Of a DNA stretch of 64,000 nucleotides, positions 22,568 to 32,112 are shown piece after piece; the first letter of the stretch is position 1; every line of letters starts with the position of its first letter. Made by a program: the position numbers and the translations under genes. This DNA is from an uncultured Aliarcobacter sp. (lineage in GTDB: Bacteria; Campylobacterota; Campylobacteria; Campylobacterales; Arcobacteraceae), in NCBI GenBank assembly GCA_963677435.1, contig OY781945.1, forward strand, positions 1,344,001 through 1,408,000. The letters run 5' to 3'. The notes beneath the pieces are model-generated. The model was not told the DNA's origin. It worked only from the letters and a program-made list of their open reading frames with translations, and ran no database searches.

Positions 22568-24487
22568 ATGGATTTTTTTGAACAGCAAGTAATTGCACGA
22601 AGAAAAAGTTATTTATTAATCTTTTTATTTATTTTTTCAATAATTTTTTTAGTTGCACTTTCAAATATTATTGTTTTTTCTTTTTACTCTTATTTTAATA
22701 ATGACTCAATAATTAATTTTTACAAATATTGGCATTTAAAAACATTTTTATTTATTACTATACCACTTGTTTTTATTATCTTAATAAGTACTTTTTTTAA
22801 ATTAAGAGAATTTAGTGATATTTCTAAACTCTCATTACACTATTTTGATGCAAAGTTAGTCAAATTAAATAATTGTACAAGTAATGAAAAAATTTTATTA
22901 AATATTGTCTCTGAAATGTCAATAGCTTCTGGTATTCCTATTTTAAAAGTTTATACTATTGAAGATTTTGGTGTTAACTCATTTGTTATTGGAAATGATA
23001 TTTCTGATGCTTCTATTTTAATTACAAGTACTTCTTTGGAAGTTTTATCAAGGGATGAACTTCAATCTATGATTGCTTTTGAATTTGCTAAAGTATTCAC
23101 AGGAAATATGCAATTAAATATGAAGTTGGTTGCTTTAACATATTCTTTTTTGCAAATATTTTTAATTGGAAAGTCTTTATTTCATGGAATAGCATATTCT
23201 TTAGGTGATGCAAGACAAAATGAAGAAATCTCTTTAATTCATATTATTCTTTGGATATTTATGTTTATTATTGCTATTTTCTTTTTGATTTTTGGCTGTG
23301 TTGGATATGTAGTAGGTATGTTTATTAAGTTCTTAATTTTAAAAGAGAGAATTTACTTAAATGATTCAATTACAATTGAATATACTAGGAACCCAATATC
23401 TTTTATTAGATTATTAAAAAAATCAAATCATTATCAATCATATAATAATTTTTCTGAGTTATTTGAACACTCATATTTTATTCAAACAAATAATGATTTA
23501 TTTTCAAAAGCTTTTAATCTTTATCCTGATGTTTTAAATAGAATTGAAAGATTATCTAATGATGGAATTTATGATCCTTTAATAATAAAAGATGAGAATT
23601 TTGAATCTTCTAGTGAAGTAAATCACAAAAATAAAGAGAAAAAATCTAAAAAAGATATTTTAATAAATTCTATAACTGGAATTGTTATTCTTGATAATTT
23701 TAATGCAATTGAAGATTATGCAAAAAAAATGAGTTTAGGTAGAGAAATTTTACCAAAAGAGTTAAATCTCTTTTTTGAAGATATAAAAAGTACAAAAGCC
23801 TTGATTATTACACTTTTATTAAGTAGTGATATTTTACATAGAAATAAACAACTTGAACTAATAGAAATAGATGAAATAAAAGATATTGTAATTAAAAACT
23901 ATGAAACTATTAACTTATATAAAAATGAATTTAATCTTTTGATAATGCAACAATCTTTATTGATTTTACAAGATATGAGTATTAATGAATATAGAAGTTT
24001 TAGAACCTTATTAAATAATATAATTTATTTAGATTCAATTGCAGAAGTGTATGAATTAAATATTGAAATAATTATATTAAGACAGCTAGATTTTCATTTT
24101 AATTTGCGTGAAAATGAAAGTGAAAAGTTTTTTTATTATGAAGATATTAAATACTCTTTCGAAATATTTTTATCTGTATTAGCTTACACGCAAGACAGAT
24201 CAGATATCAAAGCAATTGATAGTTTTAATTCAGCAATCAAATATGAGAATATAAGCTCTTTAGAATTAATTAAAAAAGATGAAATATCTAATAGGTTGCT
24301 AAAACAAGCTATCAAAGATTTGAGTTTTTGTTCTTTTGAATTAAGAAAAAAGATATTAAATGCTTCTATTATCTGCTTATCTAATGATAATATTATTGAA
24401 AATTGGGAAATAGATCTTATTTATTCTATTTCAATAATTCTAAAAATTCCATTTCCATTTTCAAGTCAAAAAGATTGTAATTTTTAG
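22568..24487 (+). CDS. M48/HtpX-like membrane peptidase homologue with a degenerate active site and TerB-like C-terminus
   Basis: MDFFEQQ..AR start, NIVSEMSIASG, LSRDELQ..IA and YTRNP motifs, but HExxH reads FEFAK. Confidence 0.75.
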   Translation: MDFFEQQVIARRKSYLLIFLFIFSIIFLVALSNIIVFSFYSYFNNDSIINFYKYWHLKTFLFITIPLVFIILISTFFKLREFSDISKLSLHYFDAKLVKLNNCTSNEKILLNIVSEMSIASGIPILKVYTIEDFGVNSFVIGNDISDASILITSTSLEVLSRDELQSMIAFEFAKVFTGNMQLNMKLVALTYSFLQIFLIGKSLFHGIAYSLGDARQNEEISLIHIILWIFMFIIAIFFLIFGCVGYVVGMFIKFLILKERIYLNDSITIEYTRNPISFIRLLKKSNHYQSYNNFSELFEHSYFIQTNNDLFSKAFNLYPDVLNRIERLSNDGIYDPLIIKDENFESSSEVNHKNKEKKSKKDILINSITGIVILDNFNAIEDYAKKMSLGREILPKELNLFFEDIKSTKALIITLLLSSDILHRNKQLELIEIDEIKDIVIKNYETINLYKNEFNLLIMQQSLLILQDMSINEYRSFRTLLNNIIYLDSIAEVYELNIEIIILRQLDFHFNLRENESEKFFYYEDIKYSFEIFLSVLAYTQDRSDIKAIDSFNSAIKYENISSLELIKKDEISNRLLKQAIKDLSFCSFELRKKILNASIICLSNDNIIENWEIDLIYSISIILKIPFPFSSQKDCNF

Positions 24488-24539
24488 ATAATTTACAAAT
24501 TATTAATATATAATTCATCTTTTAATTAAAGGATGAATT

Positions 24540-25328
24540 ATAGAACTTATTATAATAAAAGCAATCACAGTTGTATTTCTTGTTTTATCACTTAGCTTTA
24601 TAGCTGAAAAAGTTAGCCCAAAAATTTCTGGCGTTCTTTCTGGTCTTCCTATTGGAAGTTCAATTACACTTATATTTTTTGCTTTAGAAAATGGAGTTGA
24701 TTATGTTACAAAGGTAGCTTTGTACAATATTCATGGTCTTTTTGCTGCACTTGCATTTTCAATTGGATATTATATTAGTACTTTTTATAAGGGAAAATTT
24801 GAAATATTTTTAAGCCTTTTTATCTCTTTTATCTCTTATTTAATAATTGCATTTATTTTAGCTTATGTTCCTCCTCATGTTATTTTAACGCCTTTAATTG
24901 TTATAACATTAATGATTATTGCATCAATTTATTTTGCAAAAAAAGAGAACTTTGCAATTGATAAAAAAATAAAAACTTCACTTTCAGATATATTTTTTAG
25001 GTCACTTTTAACAATAACTATTTTTTTAATAATTTCAAGTTTACCAAAATATGTTCCTTCAAATATTGCAGGAATTTTTTCTTCATTTCCAACTATTTTG
25101 TTGCCATTACTTTTAATTATTCATTTCAGACATAGTAACTTACAAGCAAGAACAATAATAAAAAATACTCCTTTTGGATTAAGTTCAGTGGTAATTTATT
25201 CTTTAGTTGTATATTTAACTTATGGTCAAATTGGAATACTTTATGGAACAATTGTAGCTTTTATTGCTTCTTTAACATATGTAGTTTTGCAAGGAAAAAT
25301 TCTAAAATTTTTTAAATTAATAAAATAA
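24540..25328 (+). CDS. Internally duplicated membrane protein (DUF3147/GlpM-like), probable ATA start
   Basis: The frame is open 60 codons upstream of the called TTG 24720 to ATA 24540, 6 nt after AAGGA; it has two related motifs, SGVLSGLP and AGIFSSFP. Confidence 0.65.
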   Translation: MELIIIKAITVVFLVLSLSFIAEKVSPKISGVLSGLPIGSSITLIFFALENGVDYVTKVALYNIHGLFAALAFSIGYYISTFYKGKFEIFLSLFISFISYLIIAFILAYVPPHVILTPLIVITLMIIASIYFAKKENFAIDKKIKTSLSDIFFRSLLTITIFLIISSLPKYVPSNIAGIFSSFPTILLPLLLIIHFRHSNLQARTIIKNTPFGLSSVVIYSLVVYLTYGQIGILYGTIVAFIASLTYVVLQGKILKFFKLIK

Positions 25329-25333
25329 TTAAT

Positions 25334-25366
25334 GTACACAGGAAGTAAACAAAATTTGAATATAAT
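25334..25366 (+). promoter_or_regulatory. Promoter with a tandem direct repeat over the -35 region
   Basis: GTACACA-N4-GTAAACA (11-bp period), then TATAAT at 25361-66. Confidence 0.5.
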
Positions 25367-25390
25367 GAAAATTATACATTAGGATTTTAT

Positions 25391-26050
25391 ATGAGAGTTT
25401 TATTATTAGAAGATGATGTTGCTTTAAGTGATTTATTAAATGAGCATTTAGAAGACAAGGGTTTTGATGTAACTTTATGCACAAATGGACAAGATGCCTT
25501 AGAAACCTTAATAGATCAAAAGTTTGATATTGCTTTACTTGATATTAATACACCACAAATTAGTGGAATTGAAGTTTTAAAAACTATTAGGAAAGAGTAT
25601 AAAAATAATACTCCTGCAATTATTTTAACAGCTTATCAAGATACAAAACATCTAAAAGAATCTTTTGAAAATGGTGTTGATGATTATATTAAAAAACCTT
25701 TTGATTTAGAAGAATTAGATCAAAGAATATTAAGACTTTGTCGACAGTTTTTTATTAACCAAGATGATAAAATTAAGATTGATGAAAATATTTTCTTTGA
25801 ACCAAAAACATGTCAAGTTTTTAAAGATGATAAAATAATTAATATTGCACAAAAAGAAAGAGATATTTTAAAATATTTTTGTACACATAAAAATAGAGTT
25901 ATTTCAAGTGATGAACTTTTACAAAATATTTGGGCATATGATGAAATGCCAACAGATGCTACTATTAGAGTTTATATAAAAAATCTTAGAGAAATAGTTG
26001 GAAAAGAAAAAATTACTACAATAAGAGCTATAGGATACAGATTTGAATAA
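25391..26050 (+). CDS. OmpR-family response regulator (DccR/CrdR-like)
   Basis: LLLEDD, LLDIN, DDYIKKPF and winged-helix RVYIKNLR...GYRF motifs. Confidence 0.92.
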   Translation: MRVLLLEDDVALSDLLNEHLEDKGFDVTLCTNGQDALETLIDQKFDIALLDINTPQISGIEVLKTIRKEYKNNTPAIILTAYQDTKHLKESFENGVDDYIKKPFDLEELDQRILRLCRQFFINQDDKIKIDENIFFEPKTCQVFKDDKIINIAQKERDILKYFCTHKNRVISSDELLQNIWAYDEMPTDATIRVYIKNLREIVGKEKITTIRAIGYRFE

Positions 26051-27215
26051 TGATGAAAAAAATGCACTTAGAAAATTTTTATTTATTTATGTAACATCAA
26101 CACTATTTTTAGTTAGTGTAATTTTATATATTTATTATGGAAATGAGCTAAAAATGGCTCAAGAAACTTGCAATATGGAACTTAAAAATGCTTCTATGCA
26201 AATAAAAGCTGAAATTTTAGATAAGTATATGAAAAATAAAGATTTTACTCCTGAAAAATTCCCAAAAGAAAATATAAGATATGCTCTTTTAGATAAAGAC
26301 AAAAATCTTATTTTTTCATATTTAGATGATAAATTTAAAATAAATTATTCAAAAGATGTTTATGAAAATAGTTCTTATAACTATTTTATAACCACAATTA
26401 ATGAAGATAATATTCCAATAAAATATATAGTTATGGAGAGTTGCCAGCTTCAAAGAGATAAAAATGATATTAAAATATTACTTCTTATTAAATTAGTAAT
26501 TAGTTCAATATTTATAGCTTGTATTGGTTATTTATTATCAAAAATTTTATTAAATCCAGCAAGAAAAAGAGTTGAATCTATGGATAAATTTATAAAAGAT
26601 TCAGCCCATGAATTAAATACTCCAATTGCTGTTTTAATGACTTCTGTTTCTATGTTAAAAAGTGGGAAAAATCCTGAGAAAATGATGAAATATATATTAA
26701 GTAGTAGTAAACAAATTTCTCAAATATATAATGATATTCATTTTTCAGCTTTTAATGAAATAAATGAAGATGTTTTTGAAGAGTTTGATTTAAAAGATTT
26801 AGTTAGTGAAAGTGTAGATTATTTCAACGATATTTCTATTACAAAAAATATAAAAATTGATTCTAAATTATCTAGTTGTTTTATAAAAATGGATAAAACA
26901 AAAACTCAAAAACTTGTAAATAATATTATTTCAAATGCAATTAAATATAGTTACAAAGATTCAAATATAGAGGTTGTTTTAGAAAATTATATTTTATCTG
27001 TAAAAGATTTTGGAAGAGGAATTAGTCTCGAAGAACAAAAAGAGATTTTCAAAAGATATAAAAGAGGAAATAATAACGAAGGTGGCTTTGGTATAGGTTT
27101 AGATATTGTAAAAAGAATTTGTACTGAATATAATTTGCATCTTAATTTAAAGTCTGAACTAAAAAAAGAGACTATATTTGAAGTGGACTTTTCTTCAATA
27201 GTAAATAAAAAGTAA
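26043..27215 (+). CDS. Sensor histidine kinase
   Basis: Two TM segments, H-box AHELNTP, NAIKYS, DFGRGI and GGFGIGL. Confidence 0.93.
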   Translation: MNNDEKNALRKFLFIYVTSTLFLVSVILYIYYGNELKMAQETCNMELKNASMQIKAEILDKYMKNKDFTPEKFPKENIRYALLDKDKNLIFSYLDDKFKINYSKDVYENSSYNYFITTINEDNIPIKYIVMESCQLQRDKNDIKILLLIKLVISSIFIACIGYLLSKILLNPARKRVESMDKFIKDSAHELNTPIAVLMTSVSMLKSGKNPEKMMKYILSSSKQISQIYNDIHFSAFNEINEDVFEEFDLKDLVSESVDYFNDISITKNIKIDSKLSSCFIKMDKTKTQKLVNNIISNAIKYSYKDSNIEVVLENYILSVKDFGRGISLEEQKEIFKRYKRGNNNEGGFGIGLDIVKRICTEYNLHLNLKSELKKETIFEVDFSSIVNKK

Positions 27216-27263
27216 ATTGAATAAAATTTTTGTTAGAATACGAAAAAATTAAAAAGACTAAAA

Positions 27264-27848
27264 ATGATAAATGAAATTGAAAATTTAGAGATTAGTGAAT
27301 TAACAAATACAAAATTTATTCATCCAATTAAATTAACTTATAAGCAAAATGGTAGAAATAAAACTTGGGAAGCTGTAAAAAGTCATAATAGCGTAGCTGT
27401 TGTTTTATATCATATTCAAAAAAATGCTTTTTTACTTGTAAAACAATTTCGTGCACCAGTTTTTTTGAATGATGGTTCTAAAACTTTTACTTACGAATTA
27501 TGTGCTGGATTAGTGGATAAAAATAAATCATTAGAAGAGATAGTAAAAGAAGAAATTGATGAAGAGTGTGGTTACAAAGTAGATTTAAATGATATTATAA
27601 AAATCACATCATTTTATACAAGTGTTGGAATAAGTGGAGCTTGTCAATATCTTTTTTTTGCTAAGATTGATGATTCTATGAAAATACATGAAGGTGGTGG
27701 TATAAACGATGAAGAGATTGAAGTTATGTATTTGCCAATAGAAAAGAGTGATGAATTTATTTTTGATGAATCAAAGGCAAAAACACCTGGTTTGATGTTC
27801 GGTTTTTATTGGTTTTTAAAAAATAAAGAGAAATTAGGAATTAAATGA
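27264..27848 (+). CDS. NUDIX hydrolase (nucleotide-sugar pyrophosphatase type)
   Basis: KQFRAPV and Nudix box ELCAGLVD...KEEIDEECGY. Confidence 0.88.
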   Translation: MINEIENLEISELTNTKFIHPIKLTYKQNGRNKTWEAVKSHNSVAVVLYHIQKNAFLLVKQFRAPVFLNDGSKTFTYELCAGLVDKNKSLEEIVKEEIDEECGYKVDLNDIIKITSFYTSVGISGACQYLFFAKIDDSMKIHEGGGINDEEIEVMYLPIEKSDEFIFDESKAKTPGLMFGFYWFLKNKEKLGIK

Positions 27849-28339
27849 GATATTTAGTTGTATTTTTATTAGTATTAAATTTTATTTCATATGCAAATGA
27901 ACCTGCTCAATATCAATTAGAAAATAAACAAGAGCAAATAACAGAACCTGTTAAAAAGCAAGAAGATCTAATGGATATTAATAATTCTTTTATCACAAAA
28001 TATGAATATGGAAAAATGTTATATAATAATCCTAGGGGAATAGGGTGCAATAGCTGTCATGGAAATGATGCAAGAGGAAAAAAGATGGTTGATTTTAAAC
28101 ATCAAGTTTCTGATAAAAAAATTTATAATTGTACTTTAGTCGTACCAGATATAAAAAATATTGATTATCAAACTTTTTCAACAAAGGTAAATTCTAAAAA
28201 GAATCCAAATTTTAAATTTGATAAAGACCAAGTTTGTGAAAAATTAATTTATTATGCAAATGTAATGCCTACATACTTCTTGGTTGAAGAAGAGATAGAG
28301 GCAATTTTTTATTATATACAAAATATAAAGACTAAATAA
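27845..28339 (+). CDS. Periplasmic monohaem c-type cytochrome
   Basis: Signal peptide, CNSCH haem motif, distal VMPTY. Confidence 0.85.
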   Translation: MRYLVVFLLVLNFISYANEPAQYQLENKQEQITEPVKKQEDLMDINNSFITKYEYGKMLYNNPRGIGCNSCHGNDARGKKMVDFKHQVSDKKIYNCTLVVPDIKNIDYQTFSTKVNSKKNPNFKFDKDQVCEKLIYYANVMPTYFLVEEEIEAIFYYIQNIKTK

Positions 28340-28347
28340 TTCTAGTC

Positions 28348-29358
28348 TTATCTTGAAAAAGCAATTCCTAAACCTACTTTTTGAACTTCTCTATCATAAT
28401 CAATTAAACTATTTCCATAACCTGAAAATATTTGGAATAATCCATAAGCATTATTTGTAGATAAAAACTCAGGTAAAGGGAAAGTCCAGTTTAATTCAGC
28501 TGAGCCTTTATTATTACTATTGAATTTTAAATTATCTCTTAATGCTAATTCAAAAGTATGTTTTTTATAAGCATATAAAAAAGTCAATTCTCCATTTCCA
28601 TAATAATCTTCAATATTAGGATTATCATCTTCACTTTCATTTTCTGGAATTCTATACCAAATTTTTGGAATTATAAACAAACTTGATAGCTGAAAATAAC
28701 TCTCAAGATATATTCTATTCCATGATCTTGATTGTTCATCGTTTTTCCCATTTGAAAGATGATTTAATGCAATTTTATAACCTTTTAATGTACTTTCTTC
28801 TTCATAAGGGAATTGCACAAATATTTCAGGTTCATAGTTTGTTTCTCTAAATGGAGATGAATCAGCTGTTGTTTGCCAAAATGATCTTTGAGTATATGCA
28901 GCACTTATTGTTTCATTTAATCCAAAAAAGTCATATGAAATAGGTTTCTCAATACTTATTTGAAAAGAAGTTTCAAAAGCTTTTCTATCATCTGATTTAT
29001 TAAAATCATAAGTTGCAGGTAATAGATAATTTTTTTTATAAGGATATAAATCAAAATCACCTGTAATTATTTGTTTTAAATTTTCATCAGTTTCTTTATC
29101 ATTAACTTTATCAATTTGTTTTTGATAGAAAGCTTTTTTCATATTTGTAAAAGATTCACCTTTTTGATTATCATTTTTTGATAAATCAAATAAATATTTA
29201 TCTTCTTTCGAAACATTAATATTCGCAGCTTTTTTATATAAAAGCATTGCTTCTTTATAATTTCCTTGATTTTCTAAGTCTTGTGCTTCTTTATAAAGCT
29301 TATCTACATCTTCTGCAAAACATAAAGTACATAAAAGTAAGGGTAAAAATCTTTTCAT
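28348..29358 (-). CDS. pldA: Outer-membrane phospholipase A
   Basis: SSPFRETNYEPE, HLSNG..SRSWNR and GYGNSLIDY motifs. Confidence 0.93.
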   Translation of the reverse strand: MKRFLPLLLCTLCFAEDVDKLYKEAQDLENQGNYKEAMLLYKKAANINVSKEDKYLFDLSKNDNQKGESFTNMKKAFYQKQIDKVNDKETDENLKQIITGDFDLYPYKKNYLLPATYDFNKSDDRKAFETSFQISIEKPISYDFFGLNETISAAYTQRSFWQTTADSSPFRETNYEPEIFVQFPYEEESTLKGYKIALNHLSNGKNDEQSRSWNRIYLESYFQLSSLFIIPKIWYRIPENESEDDNPNIEDYYGNGELTFLYAYKKHTFELALRDNLKFNSNNKGSAELNWTFPLPEFLSTNNAYGLFQIFSGYGNSLIDYDREVQKVGLGIAFSR

Positions 29359-29482
29359 TATTTGCCAATTTATTTTTTGCTACATTCTACATCAAAAAAT
29401 ATTATATGTTTATTTTTATACTTTACATAAAGAGTTTAAATGATATAATCGGGCAAAATTTAGAAAAAAAGGTTAGAAAAAG

Positions 29483-30124
29483 ATGCTCGTAGCACCTTCT
29501 ATATTATCAGCAGATTTTGGAAATTTGTCTAATGAAATAAAAGCAATTTGTGATGGTGGATGTGATTTAATCCATGTAGATGTAATGGATGGACATTTTG
29601 TTCCAAATATGACAATTGGACCTGTTGTTGTAAATCCAGTTGCAAAAGTTGCAACAAAACCTCTTGATATACATTTAATGGTTGAAGATAATACATTTTT
29701 CGTAGAACTTTTTGCACCTTGTAAACCTCTTTATATTTCATTTCATATTGAAAGTGAAAAACATCCACATAGACTTATTCAAAAAATTAGAGATTATGGA
29801 ATAAAACCAGCTATTGTTTTAAATCCTCATACTCCACCAGAAGCTATAGAATATTTACTTGAAGATTTAGATATGGTTTTATTAATGTCAGTAAATCCAG
29901 GATTTGGTGGACAAAAATTCATTTCAAGTGTAATTGAAAAAGCTAAAAAGCTAAAAGAGTTAATAAATAAAAAAAATCCCAATTGTCTAATTGAAGTGGA
30001 CGGTGGAGTTAATGATAAAAATATTCACTTATTAAAAGAAGCTGGTGTTGATGTTGTTGTTGCTGGATCTTATGTATTTGGTAATAGTGATTATTCAAAA
30101 GCCATAAAAAGCCTGCAGGTTTAA
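29483..30124 (+). CDS. rpe: Ribulose-phosphate 3-epimerase
   Basis: APSILSADF, HVDVMDGHFVPN, MSVNPGFGGQ and EVDGG motifs. Confidence 0.97.
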   Translation: MLVAPSILSADFGNLSNEIKAICDGGCDLIHVDVMDGHFVPNMTIGPVVVNPVAKVATKPLDIHLMVEDNTFFVELFAPCKPLYISFHIESEKHPHRLIQKIRDYGIKPAIVLNPHTPPEAIEYLLEDLDMVLLMSVNPGFGGQKFISSVIEKAKKLKELINKKNPNCLIEVDGGVNDKNIHLLKEAGVDVVVAGSYVFGNSDYSKAIKSLQV

Positions 30125-30126
30125 AA

Positions 30127-30720
30127 ATGAGAGTAAAAATTTGTGGAATAACTAATCTACAAGATGCCCTTGATGCTATAAATGCAGGAGCAAATGCCTT
30201 AGGTTTTGTTTTTTATACAAATTCTCCACGATATATAACTCCCGTAAATGCAAAAGAAATTGTTGAAAAAATACCTCCTTTTATCCAAACAGTAGGGCTT
30301 TTTGTTAATGAAAATGAAACTTTTATAAATGAAGTTTGCAAAGAAGCAAAAATGCAACTAGCTCAAATAATTGATGATAATGATATATTAAATTATGAAT
30401 TATTAGAAGCTAAATATATTAAAGTAATAAGAGTAGAATCACAAAAAGATTTAAAAAATTTAAGTAAAGATTACTATTTAATTGATGCTTTTGTTGAAGG
30501 TTTTGGTGGTGAGGGTAAAAGAGTTGCGCTTGAATGGTTTGAAAATATTGATTGTTCGAAGTTTATTTTAGCTGGTGGTTTAAGTGCAAATAATTTAAAA
30601 GAGTTAAATGGTTTTGATTTTTATGGAGTTGATGTGAGTAGTGGAGTTGAAGAATCAAAGGGTAAAAAATCAAAACAGAAAATGATAGATTTTGTAAAAG
30701 AGGCAAATGAAATCAAATAA
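30127..30720 (+). CDS. trpF: Phosphoribosylanthranilate isomerase
   Basis: VKICGIT, LAGGL and GVDVSSGVE motifs. Confidence 0.93.
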   Translation: MRVKICGITNLQDALDAINAGANALGFVFYTNSPRYITPVNAKEIVEKIPPFIQTVGLFVNENETFINEVCKEAKMQLAQIIDDNDILNYELLEAKYIKVIRVESQKDLKNLSKDYYLIDAFVEGFGGEGKRVALEWFENIDCSKFILAGGLSANNLKELNGFDFYGVDVSSGVEESKGKKSKQKMIDFVKEANEIK

Positions 30721-31528
30721 AAGGATAATTCCTAAACCACAATTTAAATTACAAAATATTTTAAATAGATTATTAAAAGAGCCAATTTTATATACAGAGT
30801 TTTTAGAACTATTAAAAATTGCAACTGATTCTTTTTATGAAACTCCTGAGCTTGAATTTGAATTACTTTTATCAAATGGATTACCATTAGAGTTTGATGG
30901 AGATTTTGTTTTTCTAAAGACTTCAAGAACAGTAATTAATGAACAAACTTTTTGTATTGTTGATATAGAAACAAATGGTGGAAGTGTAAAAAAAGGTCAT
31001 CAAATTATTGAACTGGGAGCCGTTAAATATAAAAATGGTGAAATTATTGATAAATTCGAATCTTTGGTTTTTGCAAAAGAGATTCCACCTTATGTTCAAG
31101 AAGTTACAAAAATAAATCCTAAAATGTTAGAATCAGCACCAAGACTTGAAAAAGTACTGCAAGAATTTAAGATTTTTTTAGAAGATGATGTTTTTATCGC
31201 ACATGATATAAAGTTTGATTACACATTTGTTTCTGATTCATTTGAAAAATTTAATTTAGGAAAACTTTTAAATAGAAAGATTTGTTCTATTGATTTAGCA
31301 AAAAGAACAATTGAATCAGAAAAATATGGTTTGAGTTTCTTAAAAGAGTTACTAAGTATAGAGATTGATAATCATCATAGAGCATATTATGATGCTCTGA
31401 CAACAACTGTCGTTTTTGAAAAAAGTTTATCAAATCTTGATAAAAAAGTAAAAACTGTAGAAGAGTTAATCACCTTTTCAAAAAGTGATAATGTAATAAA
31501 TAATCAAAATAAAAAAGAGAATAAATAA
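30707..31528 (+). CDS. DEDDh 3'-5' exonuclease (DNA Pol III epsilon-like)
   Basis: VDIETNG, AHDIKFD and HHRAYYDA motifs. Confidence 0.88.
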   Translation: MKSNKRIIPKPQFKLQNILNRLLKEPILYTEFLELLKIATDSFYETPELEFELLLSNGLPLEFDGDFVFLKTSRTVINEQTFCIVDIETNGGSVKKGHQIIELGAVKYKNGEIIDKFESLVFAKEIPPYVQEVTKINPKMLESAPRLEKVLQEFKIFLEDDVFIAHDIKFDYTFVSDSFEKFNLGKLLNRKICSIDLAKRTIESEKYGLSFLKELLSIEIDNHHRAYYDALTTTVVFEKSLSNLDKKVKTVEELITFSKSDNVINNQNKKENK

Positions 31529-31529
31529 G

Positions 31530-32075
31530 ATGTTTTCACAAGAAAATTATATTGAAGTTCTTAACTTTGCAGCTTTTGCTCATGGTGATCAAAAAACGCC
31601 AAAAGGCTTACCTTATCTTGTCCATATAACATGTGTAGCGATGGAAGTAATAAATGCTTGTGAAAAGTCATCTTTAGATGAAATAAAGGCTAATTTAGCA
31701 ATCTCTTGCGCTTTATTACATGATGTAATTGAAGATACAAATATTACTTATGATGAATTGTATATGAAATTCGGAGAAGATGTTGCAAATGGTGTTGAAG
31801 CTTTAACAAAAGATACAACATTAAATTCAAAACAAGCACAAATGAAAGATAGCATTGAGCGATTACTCACTCAACCTTATGAAGTTCAAATGGTTAAACT
31901 AGCTGATAGAATTACAAATTTACAAGTTCCACCAGAACATTGGGATAATGAAAAAATAAAAAATTATCAAAAAGAGGCAAGTTTGATTTTATCTTGTTTA
32001 GGAAATTCAAATATTTATTTAGCTAGTAGATTAAAAGAAAAAATAGAAGATTATAGAAAGTATGTAAAAGAGTAA
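31530..32075 (+). CDS. Stand-alone RelA/SpoT-type HD hydrolase (small alarmone hydrolase/Mesh1-like)
   Basis: AHGDQK...PYLVH, ALLHDVIEDT, LTKD and VKLADRITNL motifs. Confidence 0.8.
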   Translation: MFSQENYIEVLNFAAFAHGDQKTPKGLPYLVHITCVAMEVINACEKSSLDEIKANLAISCALLHDVIEDTNITYDELYMKFGEDVANGVEALTKDTTLNSKQAQMKDSIERLLTQPYEVQMVKLADRITNLQVPPEHWDNEKIKNYQKEASLILSCLGNSNIYLASRLKEKIEDYRKYVKE

Positions 32076-32085
32076 TAAAGTTATA

Positions 32086-32112
32086 AAACAAAAGCCCTAA
32101 GGCTTTTTGTTT
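32086..32112. terminator. Bidirectional intrinsic terminator
   Basis: AAACAAAAGCC-CTAA-GGCTTTTTGTTT between convergent genes. Confidence 0.75.
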
